Under the pieces are notes generated by a model. That model searched no databases. It saw only the letters and a program-made list of their open reading frames with translations, and was not told the origin of the DNA. From assembly GCA_041653535.1 (NCBI GenBank), contig JBAZFH010000002.1:257235-321234 (forward strand): a stretch of 64,000 bases of DNA, given 5' to 3'. Positions within the stretch are counted from its first letter, which is position 1. Every line of letters starts with the position of its first letter. A program made the position numbers and the translations under genes. Shown one piece after another: positions 36,377 through 46,937 of this stretch. This stretch comes from Patescibacteria group bacterium (GTDB lineage Bacteria > Patescibacteriota > Patescibacteriia > JACRDY01).

Positions 36377-37666
36377 ATGGATTTAATTTCTGAGTTAAAA
36401 GGTAAGGTTGGCGAGCAAGTCACCTTAGGCGGTTGGGTTTATAATTTTCGTTCTTCCGGTGCTATTTATTTTTTGCAACTGCGCGATGGTAGTGGTTTTA
36501 TTCAGTGTATAGTGGAAAAAGCCAAAGTTGCCGAAAAAATTTGGCAGGATTGTGAAAAAATAACCCTAGAGTCATCAGTTCAAGTTTTTGGGCAGGTTAG
36601 TGAACACCCCAAAAAACCAGGAGTTTATGAGCTGCAGGTAACTGATTTAAAAATCGTGCAGATTGCCGCCGAATATCCGATAGGTAAAAAAGAGCATGGT
36701 CCTGATTTTTTACTCGACAATCGTCATTTGTGGCTACGTTCGGGCAAGCAGTGGGCGATTCAGCGCGTTCGTAATACCATCATCAACGCTACTTACGAAT
36801 ATTTTGCCAAAAATAATTTTATCAAAATTGACTCCCCAATACTTACCCCTAATGCCTGCGAGGGAACAACCGAGCTTTTTGAGTTAAATTACTTCGATTG
36901 GACTAAGGCATATCTGACACAATCGGGTCAATTGTATCTGGAGGCGGCGATAGCTGCTCACGGTCGAGTGTTTGATTTTGGTCCGGTGTTTCGCGCTGAA
37001 AAAAGCAAAACCCGCCGCCATTTAATAGAGTTTTGGATGATGGACGCCGAAATGGCGTTTTGCGACCACGAAGGTAATCTCAAAATTCAAGAAGAATTGG
37101 TAACTTACATAGTTAAAAAAGTTTTGGCTGATTGCAAGGTTGAATTAGAAATGCTTGAACGTGACATTGCGCCGTTAGAAAAAGTAGAGGCGCCGTTTTA
37201 TCGCTTGGCGCATGCCGATGCTATTAAAAAATTACGTGAACTTGGTTCCGACATTAAAGATGACGATGATTTGGGCGCTGACGATGAAACTATTCTGACT
37301 AAACTCTATGATAAACCTCTTTTTGTGGAGAGGTATCCAGCAGCGGTCAAGGCTTTTTATATGAAACCCGATCCTGGCGATCCGATTCGAGTTCTTAACG
37401 CCGACCTGCTTGCGCCAGAAGGTTACGGCGAGGTGATAGGTGGATCACAAAGAGAGGACGATTATGATAAATTGTTAGTTAAAATAAAAGAACAAGGGTT
37501 TAATATTGAAGACTGGCAATGGTATTTGGATAGTCGTAAATATGGCAGCGTACCGCACAGCGGTTTTGGTTATGGTCTGGAACGGCTGGTCGCTTGGGTT
37601 TGCGGACTGGAACACGTACGCGAAACCATTCCTTTTCCTAGACTGATAAACAGGATTAAACCTTAA
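36377..37666 (+). CDS. asnS: asparagine--tRNA ligase
   Basis: GWV...[59 protein letters not shown]. Confidence 0.95.
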   Translation: MDLISELKGKVGEQVTLGGWVYNFRSSGAIYFLQLRDGSGFIQCIVEKAKVAEKIWQDCEKITLESSVQVFGQVSEHPKKPGVYELQVTDLKIVQIAAEYPIGKKEHGPDFLLDNRHLWLRSGKQWAIQRVRNTIINATYEYFAKNNFIKIDSPILTPNACEGTTELFELNYFDWTKAYLTQSGQLYLEAAIAAHGRVFDFGPVFRAEKSKTRRHLIEFWMMDAEMAFCDHEGNLKIQEELVTYIVKKVLADCKVELEMLERDIAPLEKVEAPFYRLAHADAIKKLRELGSDIKDDDDLGADDETILTKLYDKPLFVERYPAAVKAFYMKPDPGDPIRVLNADLLAPEGYGEVIGGSQREDDYDKLLVKIKEQGFNIEDWQWYLDSRKYGSVPHSGFGYGLERLVAWVCGLEHVRETIPFPRLINRIKP

Positions 37667-37667
37667 T

Positions 37668-38930
37668 ATGTATTCTTATATTAGGAAGCTTCTCAAAAAA
37701 ATTGGTCCTGGCTTTATTACTGGCGCTGCGGATGATGACCCGTCTGGTATTGGTACCTATTTTACTGCCGGAGCCAAATTTGGTTTTGGTCATATCTGGA
37801 CTCCATTTTTTACCTTTCCTTTAATGACCGCAGTGCAGGAGATATGCGCTCGTATTGGTATGGTAACGGGCAGGGGATTAGCTGGAGTGATTAGAGAAAA
37901 TTATTCCAAAAAATTACTTTATTTTTGTGTTGTTTTATTGGTGGCGGCAAATACTATTAATATTGGTGCTGACATCGGGGCGATGGCCAATGCTGTCGGT
38001 TTACTACTTCCCAACCAACCTTTTGGTTTTATTGCCGGAGCATTGACTTTACTGATTATTTGTCTAGAAGTATTTATCTCGTACAAAACTTATTCTAGAA
38101 TATTGAAAATTTTTGCCTTCTCATTGTTAGCTTATTGGTTAACCGCCTTTTTTGTGAAAATAGACTGGTCAGTGGTTTTTACAAACGTCATTAAGCCGCA
38201 ATGGCGTTGGGATCTGGACTACGTAATGATTTTGGTCGGTGTGCTTGGTACTACAATTTCTCCTTATTTATTTTTTTGGCAGGCCTCGGAAGAAGTCGAG
38301 GAAGAAATTATTGAAGGAAAAGTTACTTTGGAGCAACGTTTGGGCGCGACCAAGATAGAAATAAAAGAAATGCGAGAAGATGTTGTTCTTGGTATGCTTT
38401 TTTCCAATATTTCAATGTTTTTTATTATCGCTGTGGCTGCTTCGACATTGTTTGCCAATGGTATTTTTGAAATCGGTACAGCCGAGCAGGCGGCTTTGGC
38501 TTTGCGACCACTGGCGGGAGATTGGGCTTATCTACTGTTTACGTTTGGTATTATTGGCACGGGTTTGCTGGCAATTCCGGTGCTTGCCGGAGCGGCGTCT
38601 TATGCCGTTACTGAGGCGTTAAAACTACAGGGAAGCTTGGCTCTGAAATGGAACAGAGCAAAAGGTTTTTATGGAGTTATCCTAACTTCAACAATTGTTG
38701 GACTACTGATTAATTTTATCGGAATTAATCCAATGAAAGCTTTGCTTTATGCCGCTGTTATCAACGGTATTGTTTCCGTTCCTCTGCTTTTTGTGATTAT
38801 GAAAATAAGTAACGATAGTGAAGTGATGGGAGAATATAAAAACGGGATGATTGCAAACTTTCTTGGTTGGGCGGCAACCATTGCCATGACCGTCGCAGCG
38901 GTATTTTTATTAATTAGTTTTTTGTTTTAA
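37668..38930 (+). CDS. NRAMP-family divalent metal transporter
   Basis: GPG..TGAADDDPSGIGTY and GTTISPYLFFWQ motifs. Confidence 0.9.
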   Translation: MYSYIRKLLKKIGPGFITGAADDDPSGIGTYFTAGAKFGFGHIWTPFFTFPLMTAVQEICARIGMVTGRGLAGVIRENYSKKLLYFCVVLLVAANTINIGADIGAMANAVGLLLPNQPFGFIAGALTLLIICLEVFISYKTYSRILKIFAFSLLAYWLTAFFVKIDWSVVFTNVIKPQWRWDLDYVMILVGVLGTTISPYLFFWQASEEVEEEIIEGKVTLEQRLGATKIEIKEMREDVVLGMLFSNISMFFIIAVAASTLFANGIFEIGTAEQAALALRPLAGDWAYLLFTFGIIGTGLLAIPVLAGAASYAVTEALKLQGSLALKWNRAKGFYGVILTSTIVGLLINFIGINPMKALLYAAVINGIVSVPLLFVIMKISNDSEVMGEYKNGMIANFLGWAATIAMTVAAVFLLISFLF

Positions 38931-38931
38931 T

Positions 38932-39585
38932 ATGGAAAGGCTTTCTTGGATATATTTTTTGCGTCACGGAGAAAGCGAAGCTAACAGTAACGACAATTTT
39001 TTTGGTCATCCCAAAAAAATAAAACTTACCGATAAAGGACATGAACAAGCCAGGGAAATATTTCAACTTCTTAAAAAAGAAAAATTCGATTTGATTATTA
39101 CATCTCCCTTTCTTCGTGCTTGGCAAACTGCCAAACCTTTTATAGACTTTCATGGTAAAAAAATACCGGTTAAGGTTTGGTCGGTTGGCGAGTTTACTTA
39201 TCATGCTTTGGAAAAATATCTTAAAATAAAAAATTCACGGCGTTGGAAGCTTGCTCATAAATATTGGGAACGCAGCGATCCGGATTATCGCGACGGTTCC
39301 GGTGCGGAAACTTACCGTGAGTTTATGGGTCGGATCGATAGAACTAGGAAAAAATTAGAAAAAAGTAATTTTGATAAAATATTGATTGTTACTCATGGTT
39401 ATTTTATCAAACATTTTATTTGGCGATTATTGCATCAGACTAAAAAAATTGATCACAAAACAATGACTGACGCAATGCGTTTTTCTATCAGTACTGATGC
39501 GCAAAACACAGCTTTGGTGCGGGTTGCCAAAATCGACGGTAAGCTGTATGTTGGTGAAATAGACGCGCGACATGTTCGTGATTAA
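38932..39585 (+). CDS. histidine phosphatase family protein
   Basis: RHGES, SPFLRA.QT, VTHG motifs. Confidence 0.9.
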   Translation: MERLSWIYFLRHGESEANSNDNFFGHPKKIKLTDKGHEQAREIFQLLKKEKFDLIITSPFLRAWQTAKPFIDFHGKKIPVKVWSVGEFTYHALEKYLKIKNSRRWKLAHKYWERSDPDYRDGSGAETYREFMGRIDRTRKKLEKSNFDKILIVTHGYFIKHFIWRLLHQTKKIDHKTMTDAMRFSISTDAQNTALVRVAKIDGKLYVGEIDARHVRD

Positions 39586-39608
39586 ATTAATAATATTTAT
39601 CGATAAGT

Positions 39609-41006
39609 ATGAAGACATTTATAAAAGAAACCCTAGGTTTAATAGGTCAAGAAGTGGAATTAAAAGGCTGGATCCATGTTCGTCGTGATATGGGTAAAAT
39701 TTCATTTATTGATTTGCGTGATAGTACTGGTATTATTCAAGTGGTTTTAGTTCCCGGAGAAATGGATGAAAGCAAAGAATTGATCAAAGATTTAAAACCA
39801 GAATACGTGGTGGCGATCAAAGGTGTTGTCCAGGAGCGCAATGCTAAAAGTATTAACGAAAACTTAGTCACGGGCAAAATTGAAGTTTTAGCCAAAAATT
39901 TAGTTATTATTAATGAAGCGGCTCTTACTCCTTTTGAGATTAACACCGAAGAACGCCAGGCTAATGAAGAGTTGCGTTTGAAATATCGCTATTTAGATTT
40001 ACGCCACGAACGTTTGGCAAAAAATCTTACTTTACGTCACAACGTGATCGCTTTTTTGCGCCAGTCGTTATCTAACGCCGGATTTCGTGAAATAGAAACC
40101 CCGTGTCTGACCAAATCAACTCCTGAAGGAGCTCGCGATTTTGTTGTGCCGTCTCGTAATTATCCGGGTAAATTTTACGCGCTGCCTCAGTCGCCACAGC
40201 AGTACAAGCAGATGTTGATGGTGGCTGGTATTGAGCGCTATTTTCAGATTGCTCGTTGTTTCCGCGACGAAGATCAGCGCGGTGATCGCCAGGCAGAATT
40301 TACTCAATTTGATATAGAGATGAGCTTTGTTGAACAAGAAGATCTTTTGCAACTGACTGAAAAAATGCTGGTCGAACTGGTTAAGACCGTTACTCCAGAA
40401 AAAAAAATTCAGCAGGTTCCTTTTCCGCGTATTACTTTTACTGAAGCTATGAGTAAATATGGCAGTGACAAACCTGACATCCGTAACGATAAAAACGATC
40501 CTAATCTTTTAGCCTTTTGTTGGGTAGTGGACTTTCCAATGTTTGAATACAAAGAAGGAGATAAACGCTGGGGCGCGACACATCATCCTTTTACCGCCAT
40601 TCAAGATCAATACGTAGAATTTTTGGGCGACACCAAAAAAAAGATGAGTGAGATATTAGCTAAGCAATACGACATTACTCTTAACGGCAACGAAATCGGT
40701 GGCGGTAGTATTCGTACTCATAATCCAAAAATTTTAGCTAAAGTTTTTGAAGTGCTTGGGCATGCTCCAGAGGAAATTCAAGCCAAATTTGGACACCTTC
40801 TGGAAGCTTTCAAATATGGCGTACCGCCACATGGTGGTATTGCCTGGGGGCTGGATCGTTTGATTATGCTTTTAGCTGGTGAAGAAAGTATTCGGGAAGT
40901 AATTCCTTTTCCCAAAACCGCTGATAATCGTGATCCACTCATGGATTCACCAAGCGTTATTGATGCCGAGCAAATGACAGATCTCCATTTGGCGATAAAA
41001 AAATAA
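39609..41006 (+). CDS. aspS: aspartate--tRNA ligase, bacterial type lacking the GAD insertion domain
   Basis: RLKYRYLDLR, STPEGARDF, LPQSPQ, CFRDED, HHPFT, GGGSIR, PPHGGIA.GLDR; only 465 aa. Confidence 0.95.
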   Translation: MKTFIKETLGLIGQEVELKGWIHVRRDMGKISFIDLRDSTGIIQVVLVPGEMDESKELIKDLKPEYVVAIKGVVQERNAKSINENLVTGKIEVLAKNLVIINEAALTPFEINTEERQANEELRLKYRYLDLRHERLAKNLTLRHNVIAFLRQSLSNAGFREIETPCLTKSTPEGARDFVVPSRNYPGKFYALPQSPQQYKQMLMVAGIERYFQIARCFRDEDQRGDRQAEFTQFDIEMSFVEQEDLLQLTEKMLVELVKTVTPEKKIQQVPFPRITFTEAMSKYGSDKPDIRNDKNDPNLLAFCWVVDFPMFEYKEGDKRWGATHHPFTAIQDQYVEFLGDTKKKMSEILAKQYDITLNGNEIGGGSIRTHNPKILAKVFEVLGHAPEEIQAKFGHLLEAFKYGVPPHGGIAWGLDRLIMLLAGEESIREVIPFPKTADNRDPLMDSPSVIDAEQMTDLHLAIKK

Positions 41007-41015
41007 ACAACTCAT

Positions 41016-41447
41016 ATGAAATCTCCCGGAGGTTTTGAATTTAGAAAATCTTTTGATACCTATCGTCGCGTTTCTGGTGCTCCGGATAGCGGTGGTGTCA
41101 TGGGTATTGAAGATGAAGTGGATATTAGCGATGAGGCTAGAGCAGCTAGTTCCGGGTTTGTGCCTGATAATCGGCATTCCGGATTAAAAGGCGATTTTAC
41201 GGAAACGAAATTTGAGCGGATAGAGCAAAATGATGCTAAATATCCTTCAAATCAAAAAATGTATCATGATCTTGCCAAGATTTTTCATCCAGATGTTACC
41301 GGCGATATTGATGATCGGGCTATTAAAAAACTTAACGAAATAAAAGTGGCGGCCGATAATGGCGACCCCAAAGCGTTGAGAGAAATGTATCAGCGATTAA
41401 TTTTTAAAATTAATCCTGATAAACAAAACGATAAAACAGCTGCTTAA
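41016..41447 (+). CDS. hypothetical protein with a J-domain-like HPD motif
   Basis: YHDLAKIFHPD...IKKLNE. Confidence 0.5.
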   Translation: MKSPGGFEFRKSFDTYRRVSGAPDSGGVMGIEDEVDISDEARAASSGFVPDNRHSGLKGDFTETKFERIEQNDAKYPSNQKMYHDLAKIFHPDVTGDIDDRAIKKLNEIKVAADNGDPKALREMYQRLIFKINPDKQNDKTAA

Positions 41448-41537
41448 GATTGTGGATATATTCCTCGCGAACCGCGGGGTATTTTATTTGTTAAAAACGT
41501 CAAAAAGAGCTATAATTTAGTTGTAATTTTAGTTGAT

Positions 41538-41831
41538 ATGCAGCTTTCTGCCTTGCAAAAATATATCTTGCAGCAGTGTTGTTATGAAAAAAACAAGCTG
41601 AATCGCAGCAAGCTTTTGAGTTTTTACGGTCGGGGGTCAAAATCTCCCAAAAAAAATGATCAAATCAATATTATCACCAAAAGTATTGAACGTCTGATTG
41701 GTCGGGGATTGCTGGTGGGATTTGGCGTGCGAACAACGGAAAAGTGGTTTATCAAAGAGACCAAAGTCACGCCCAAGGGCAGGAAACTTGGTAGAAAGTT
41801 GCTTGGTCAGCAAATGAAGTTGTTTAACTAA
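41538..41831 (+). CDS. small basic hypothetical protein (winged-helix-like)
   Basis: ITKSIERLIGRGLL...VTPKGR. Confidence 0.55.
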   Translation: MQLSALQKYILQQCCYEKNKLNRSKLLSFYGRGSKSPKKNDQINIITKSIERLIGRGLLVGFGVRTTEKWFIKETKVTPKGRKLGRKLLGQQMKLFN

Positions 41832-41844
41832 TAATATTAAATTT

Positions 41845-42438
41845 ATGATTGGCGCTAAAGTTTTAAACTATTTAGAAGGTAAAAAGGTTAAGTTTGAGGT
41901 GATTGATCATCGCAAAGTTTTTACTGCTTATGATTTGGCGCAGACGCTTAAACACGACTTGAAAAAAATCGCTAAGACTTTACTGGTTAAAGCTGACAGC
42001 GCTTATGTTTTGGTAGTGATACCGGCATACTATCGATTGGATTTAAAAAAATTAAAAAAATCTTTAAACGCCAAAAAAATAGAAATTCCAAACGAAAAAG
42101 TTATTATCAAAGTTCTAAAAATAAAATTAGGAGGCATTACTCCATTTGGCGCTTTGCATAAAGTGGAAACTTGGGTAGATAAAAGTTTGCTTGCCGCTCA
42201 GGATGTTATTATGAATGCCGGCAGCTTTACTCAAAGCTTACGGATGAAGGCAAGGGATTATATCAAGCTAGAAGAAGCTAGGCTCGGAAATTTTGTTGAA
42301 TCGGCGGGGTACAAACCGATAAAGATTAAAAGTAAAAAAAGTAAATCCGCAAGCAAAGTAAAGGTAAGGGGTAAAAAGAAAAAAGCGGTAAAAAGTGTAA
42401 ATAAAAAAAAGAAGGTTATTAAGAAGAAGAAAAGATAA
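41845..42438 (+). CDS. YbaK/ProX-family aminoacyl-tRNA deacylase with a Lys-rich tail
   Basis: H...FTA..LA, IAKTLLVK, G.ITPFG, NAGS. Confidence 0.85.
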   Translation: MIGAKVLNYLEGKKVKFEVIDHRKVFTAYDLAQTLKHDLKKIAKTLLVKADSAYVLVVIPAYYRLDLKKLKKSLNAKKIEIPNEKVIIKVLKIKLGGITPFGALHKVETWVDKSLLAAQDVIMNAGSFTQSLRMKARDYIKLEEARLGNFVESAGYKPIKIKSKKSKSASKVKVRGKKKKAVKSVNKKKKVIKKKKR

Positions 42439-42458
42439 TTAAAAAGATTTTTTAGTTT

Positions 42459-43151
42459 GTGAAATACGAAATAATAAGCGAACAGTTTTCTGGACCGCTG
42501 GATCTTTTGCTTGGTTTGATCGAGGGTCGAGAATTAGATATTACCAAAATTTCGTTAGCCCAGGTGGCTGACGATTATTTGCGTTATGTTAGGCAAAATC
42601 AAGGTATTAACCCGGAAGAGATGGCTGATTTTTTGGTTGTAGCAGCTAAATTAATTTTGATTAAATCAAAAGTTTTGTTGCCTAATATGGAAATCGAAGA
42701 AGAGGGAGATTTGGAGGTTCAGTTGAAACTCTATAAAGAGTTTTTAGAGGCATCAAAATTAATTGAGGCGATGATTAAAAAGAAAAAGTTTAGTTTATCA
42801 CGCGAAAAACTACCGGTTGGTATCGAGCCGGAGTTTAACCCGCCAAAAAACTTAAATTCTTCCAAAATGGCTCAGATATTTCGTATCGTGATAGATCGTC
42901 TTGAGCCTTTGATAAAATTACCCGAACGCACGGTACGAAGAGTGGTAAATATTGAAGAAAAAATTCGCCACATCCGCGACTATTTAGTTTCTAAAATACA
43001 GACGACTTTTCGTGAATTAGTAGGAAGGGGGGATAAGGCGGAGGCAATTGTCAGCTTTCTAGCGTTACTCGAGTTGGTTAAACAGAGAACGGTGGAACTT
43101 AATCAAGACGAGATGTTTGGTGATATTAGTATAAAGAAAGTCAGTAGTTAG
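42459..43151 (+). CDS. scpA: segregation and condensation protein A
   Basis: FSGPLDLLL.LI, FLVVAAKL..IKS, FLALLELVK. Confidence 0.93.
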   Translation: MKYEIISEQFSGPLDLLLGLIEGRELDITKISLAQVADDYLRYVRQNQGINPEEMADFLVVAAKLILIKSKVLLPNMEIEEEGDLEVQLKLYKEFLEASKLIEAMIKKKKFSLSREKLPVGIEPEFNPPKNLNSSKMAQIFRIVIDRLEPLIKLPERTVRRVVNIEEKIRHIRDYLVSKIQTTFRELVGRGDKAEAIVSFLALLELVKQRTVELNQDEMFGDISIKKVSS

Positions 43152-43196
43152 TTATCAGAAAAGAATCTAACTGTTAACCACTAACCACTAAAAAAT

Positions 43197-43766
43197 ATGT
43201 CCAGTCTAAAATCAAAAATTGAGAGCTTGCTTTTTATCTCACCAAAACCATTGGAAATAAAAAAAATTTCCGAATTAACCAAAAAAGAAATTTCCGAGGT
43301 AGAGGAGGCGGTTAAAGAGTTAACCGACGATTATATTGATCGTGGTTTGGAGATAAAGCGGCTGGGGAATAAGCTGCAAATGATGACCAGCGGTGAAAAT
43401 TATAAACTCGCTCAAGATTTTGTCAAAGAAGAAATTACCGGAGAACTCACTCGACCATCGCTGGAAACCCTGACAGTTATAGCCTATCGCGGACCGATAA
43501 CAAAAACCGAACTAGAAATGATCCGCGGAGTAAATTGTAGTATGATTCTTCGTAATTTAATGATTCGTGGTTTAGTGGAGGAAAATGAGGATAAACAAAG
43601 GGGTTTTTTGTATAACATTACTTTTGAGTTTATGAAATATTTAGGAATAACCGAAGCAAAAGATTTGCCGGAATTTGATAAACTGAATAATGACGATAAT
43701 TTAAAAAAACTTTTAAGCGGAATAAATAAAGAAGAAAAAGAAGATGAACGAATTGAGGTGGTTTAA
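43197..43766 (+). CDS. scpB: segregation and condensation protein B
   Basis: IESLLF, LETL.VIAYRGPITK.E..MIRGVN. Confidence 0.93.
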   Translation: MSSLKSKIESLLFISPKPLEIKKISELTKKEISEVEEAVKELTDDYIDRGLEIKRLGNKLQMMTSGENYKLAQDFVKEEITGELTRPSLETLTVIAYRGPITKTELEMIRGVNCSMILRNLMIRGLVEENEDKQRGFLYNITFEFMKYLGITEAKDLPEFDKLNNDDNLKKLLSGINKEEKEDERIEVV

Positions 43767-43772
43767 TATTTT

Positions 43773-44729
43773 ATGTTTCAATTAATTTTATCGCTTGTTG
43801 CATCTATTGTTTTGACTAGCAGCGGGTTGCCTGTCGTAGCGCGTGATTTTTCTGTTGAGCCTATTTTACTTGTTCAATCTGGTGGTGACGAGATCGGCTC
43901 TGCCGGCCATTTGCCTTTAGCCGCAAATAAGGAAATTAACCCGGATAAAGTGAACGAAAATAGTTTAGGAATAGAAACATCTGCTCGGAGTGGAGTAGCG
44001 GTTGATGGTAAGACAGGCAAGGTTTTGTGGGAAAAGAATTCTTCACAAATAAGATCAATTGCGAGCTTAACTAAACTCATGACGGCCTTGGTGTTTCTTG
44101 ATCACAATCCTGGTTGGGATAGTAAAATAAAGATTACTACCGAAGATCAGCATGAGGGGGGGGTGGCTTTTTTTGCTATCGGTGAAGAAGTGACTGTTAG
44201 AGATCTTTTCTATTCAGCTCTTAGTCGTTCGATTAATTCCGCTGCTGCGGCTTTGGCGCGTTCTACCGGTTTGAACGAAAAAGATTTTGTTTTTGCAATG
44301 AATCAAAAAGCTGATGAATTAGGAATGGTCAACTCTCATTTTATTGAGCCGACCGGTTTGCATACAGGTAATGTTGCAACAGCCATAGATGTGGTAATTT
44401 TACTTCGAGAGGCTTTGAGTAAAACGGCAATCGCTAACGCCACTACCCTGACTGCCTACACCACGGAGATTTTGAATAAAGATTTGGAGAGAACCGCAGA
44501 CAATACTAATTTGCTACTGAAAAGTTTTTTAAATAAACCGCCGTATAAAATACTGGGTGGTAAAACCGGCTATTTGGTAGAAGCTGGATATTGTTTGGCG
44601 ATCGGCGTAGAAAAATCCGATCATCAGATTTACTCCGTAGTGTTAGGAAGCGACAGTATTGGTAGTCGTTTTACTGATACTAAAGCTATAGTTGATTGGG
44701 TTTTTAGCAACTATTCTTGGCAAAAATAA
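43773..44729 (+). CDS. D-alanyl-D-alanine carboxypeptidase/endopeptidase (peptidase S11)
   Basis: SLTK, S-I-N and KTG motifs. Confidence 0.9.
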   Translation: MFQLILSLVASIVLTSSGLPVVARDFSVEPILLVQSGGDEIGSAGHLPLAANKEINPDKVNENSLGIETSARSGVAVDGKTGKVLWEKNSSQIRSIASLTKLMTALVFLDHNPGWDSKIKITTEDQHEGGVAFFAIGEEVTVRDLFYSALSRSINSAAAALARSTGLNEKDFVFAMNQKADELGMVNSHFIEPTGLHTGNVATAIDVVILLREALSKTAIANATTLTAYTTEILNKDLERTADNTNLLLKSFLNKPPYKILGGKTGYLVEAGYCLAIGVEKSDHQIYSVVLGSDSIGSRFTDTKAIVDWVFSNYSWQK

Positions 44730-44927
44730 TCATATCATACGTAATAAGGGTGGATGCCCCCTTTTTTATATTTGGAAAAATTGTTTGAGGCATTAAGGCT
44801 TGGTTAGAGATAATACTGATAATCCCGAGGTTGTTTTTTTATCAAGTATTTTGTACCGACTCAGGCAAAGTGCTATAATATCTTTAATAAAAAAGTTGAC
44901 TATTTAGTCGACGGTAATAATAAAAAT

Positions 44928-45551
44928 ATGGACAAAAAAACAAAGACAATTGTGATCATTGTTTTGGTGGCAATCGTCGCCGGTGGTTTGTATTATGGCG
45001 TTAATCGCTGGCGTCAACAGCGACTCGTCAATCAAATTTTAAAGGAAGCGTATGGAGTTAATACTGGCTTGCTGAGTGGTCTAACCGGTAGCGGGAGTAT
45101 TCAGGATCAGATTGCACGGGAAATGGCTCAGGACGAGGCGAAACAAAAGGCTGATGAAGAACGCGAAGCGGCTAAAACTCCCGAAGACAGATTCAATGAA
45201 ACGGAATCTGTTTCGCTGACAGGAAATATGTCGTCATTGGTTAAAAGTGTTATTGAGCCACCACTCAATGCTGTTTTTGGAAAGATAAAACCCACGCTTT
45301 TTAGCGGTAATTATTTAGGACAGGAAGGTTCCTTTTTGGTGGCTTTTAAAATACCAAAGATTCCTACTAGCGATGACATGAATAAGTTGGTTGAAGAGTT
45401 TACCGGTAATGGTTATACCGTGGCTATGAATTCTATTGCTGCTGATTCTGCAAACATACTCTTTGAAAAAGGCAAGATCATTATTAGTGTTTCTTATGAA
45501 AATCCGGAAGAGCAGGAAATAGGGGTTTTATATATGGAACAAGCCGAATAA
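44928..45551 (+). CDS. membrane-anchored hypothetical protein
   Basis: N-terminal TM; 207 aa. Confidence 0.7.
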   Translation: MDKKTKTIVIIVLVAIVAGGLYYGVNRWRQQRLVNQILKEAYGVNTGLLSGLTGSGSIQDQIAREMAQDEAKQKADEEREAAKTPEDRFNETESVSLTGNMSSLVKSVIEPPLNAVFGKIKPTLFSGNYLGQEGSFLVAFKIPKIPTSDDMNKLVEEFTGNGYTVAMNSIAADSANILFEKGKIIISVSYENPEEQEIGVLYMEQAE

Positions 45552-45652
45552 TTTTTGCCTGTGCAGGCTTAGTTCATTTTTGTCATTGCGACTCCATTAA
45601 ATTATTATTTTAATTGTTATAAACAAAAAATGCCGTCTTAAACGGTATTTTT

Positions 45653-45729
45653 TGGTAGCTGGGGAGGGAGTTGAACCCTCGACCTCGGGCTTATGAGTCC
45701 CACGCTCTAACCAACTGAGCTACCCAGCC
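45653..45729 (-). tRNA. tRNA with CAT anticodon (elongator Met or Ile2)
   Basis: Reverse complement GGCTGGGTAGCTCAG...CTCATAA...GGGTTCAACTCCCTCCCCAGCTACCA. Confidence 0.9.
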
Positions 45730-45836
45730 ATGGTAAAAATAATAGCTTTATTCTAGCCTTTTAAATTATAAAAGTCAATATAAATCTTTGACAGTAAGTA
45801 AAAAATGCTTTATTATACAGCTACTTTTGGAGCTAT

Positions 45837-45923
45837 GCCGAAGTGGCGGAACTGGCAGACGCGCACGACTCAAAATCGTGTCCCGTTCGCGGGGTGAGGG
45901 TTCGACCCCCTCCTTCGGCACCA
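45837..45923 (+). tRNA. tRNA-Leu (CAA)
   Basis: GCCGAAG/CTTCGGC acceptor; CACGA-CT-CAA-AA-TCGTG; long variable arm; CCA. Confidence 0.95.
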
Positions 45924-45976
45924 TTTGTTGATTATTTCTTTGTTTTGGCTTATAATAAGCCCATTATTTATTACGT

Positions 45977-46053
45977 CGCGGGGTAGAGCAGTCTGGCAGC
46001 TCGTCTGGCTCATAACCAGAAGGTCGTTGGTTCAAATCCAACCCCCGCAACCA
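45977..46053 (+). tRNA. initiator tRNA-fMet (CAT)
   Basis: CGCGGGG.../CCCCGCA with C1-A72 mismatch; CAT anticodon; CCA. Confidence 0.93.
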
Positions 46054-46096
46054 AAAGAGTCTGAGTAATTCTCAGATTTTTTTGTTTATGCAAAAA

Positions 46097-46154
46097 GTTG
46101 GTTCTGCCCCTGCGGGGCATCTCCCGAAGGGAAAAAATCCAACCCCCGCAACCA
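46097..46154 (+). repeat. duplicated 3' end of tRNA-fMet, interrupted in the T-loop by two small hairpins
   Basis: GTTGGTTC + insert 46105-46134 + AAATCCAACCCCCGCAACCA. Confidence 0.75.
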
Positions 46155-46284
46155 CAAAGCCCTGAATCAAAGGATTTCGGGGTTTTATGTTTATAAAAGT
46201 TACGACACCAGTATTACAACCAAGTTGTTGTTTTATTGTTATTTTGTTAAAATTAACTAAGATAAACAATAATCAAAACAATTT

Positions 46285-46872
46285 ATGCAACAAACTATAC
46301 AAAATCTTGCGGCTGCTTTCATTGGAGAGAGTATGGCGCGAAACCGTTATACCATGTATTCCAAAATAGCCAAAAAAGAAGGCTACGAACAGATCGCGGA
46401 AATATTTTTGCTAACTGCTGATCAGGAAAGAGAGCATGCCAGCTGGCTTTTTAAATTAATTAAAGAGTTAAAAGTGAAAAACGGTGATGAGCAACAAGAG
46501 GTTAAGGTGCAGGAAGTACCAGTACCGACAACTTATGGTACGACGATAGAAAATATTAAATCAGCGATCGCCGGAGAAAACTACGAACACACTTCTATGT
46601 ATCCTGGTTTTGCCAAGATAGCGGAGCAAGAGGGTTTTTTGGAAATTGCAAAAAGATTGCTATCTATAGCTAAAGCCGAAGAACATCACGAAGAAAGATA
46701 TCAGAAGTTGCTACAAGTTTTGGTCGACGGCAAAGTGTTTAAAAAAGACAAAGAAGTTTGGTGGGTGTGTCGTGAGTGCGGTTATGTGCATTTTGGCACG
46801 CAACCGCCGGAAGAATGCCCTTCCTGCGGTCATCCGCAGGCTTTTTATCAGATAAAATGCGAAGAATATTAA
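46285..46872 (+). CDS. rbr: rubrerythrin
   Basis: [25 protein letters not shown] diiron motifs and a CRECG...CPSC rubredoxin domain. Confidence 0.95.
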   Translation: MQQTIQNLAAAFIGESMARNRYTMYSKIAKKEGYEQIAEIFLLTADQEREHASWLFKLIKELKVKNGDEQQEVKVQEVPVPTTYGTTIENIKSAIAGENYEHTSMYPGFAKIAEQEGFLEIAKRLLSIAKAEEHHEERYQKLLQVLVDGKVFKKDKEVWWVCRECGYVHFGTQPPEECPSCGHPQAFYQIKCEEY

Positions 46873-46937
46873 AGCGCTATAAAATTATTAAAAAAACCGT
46901 CCTAACCCAGGGCGGTTTTTGAGAGTAGTGCGGAAGA

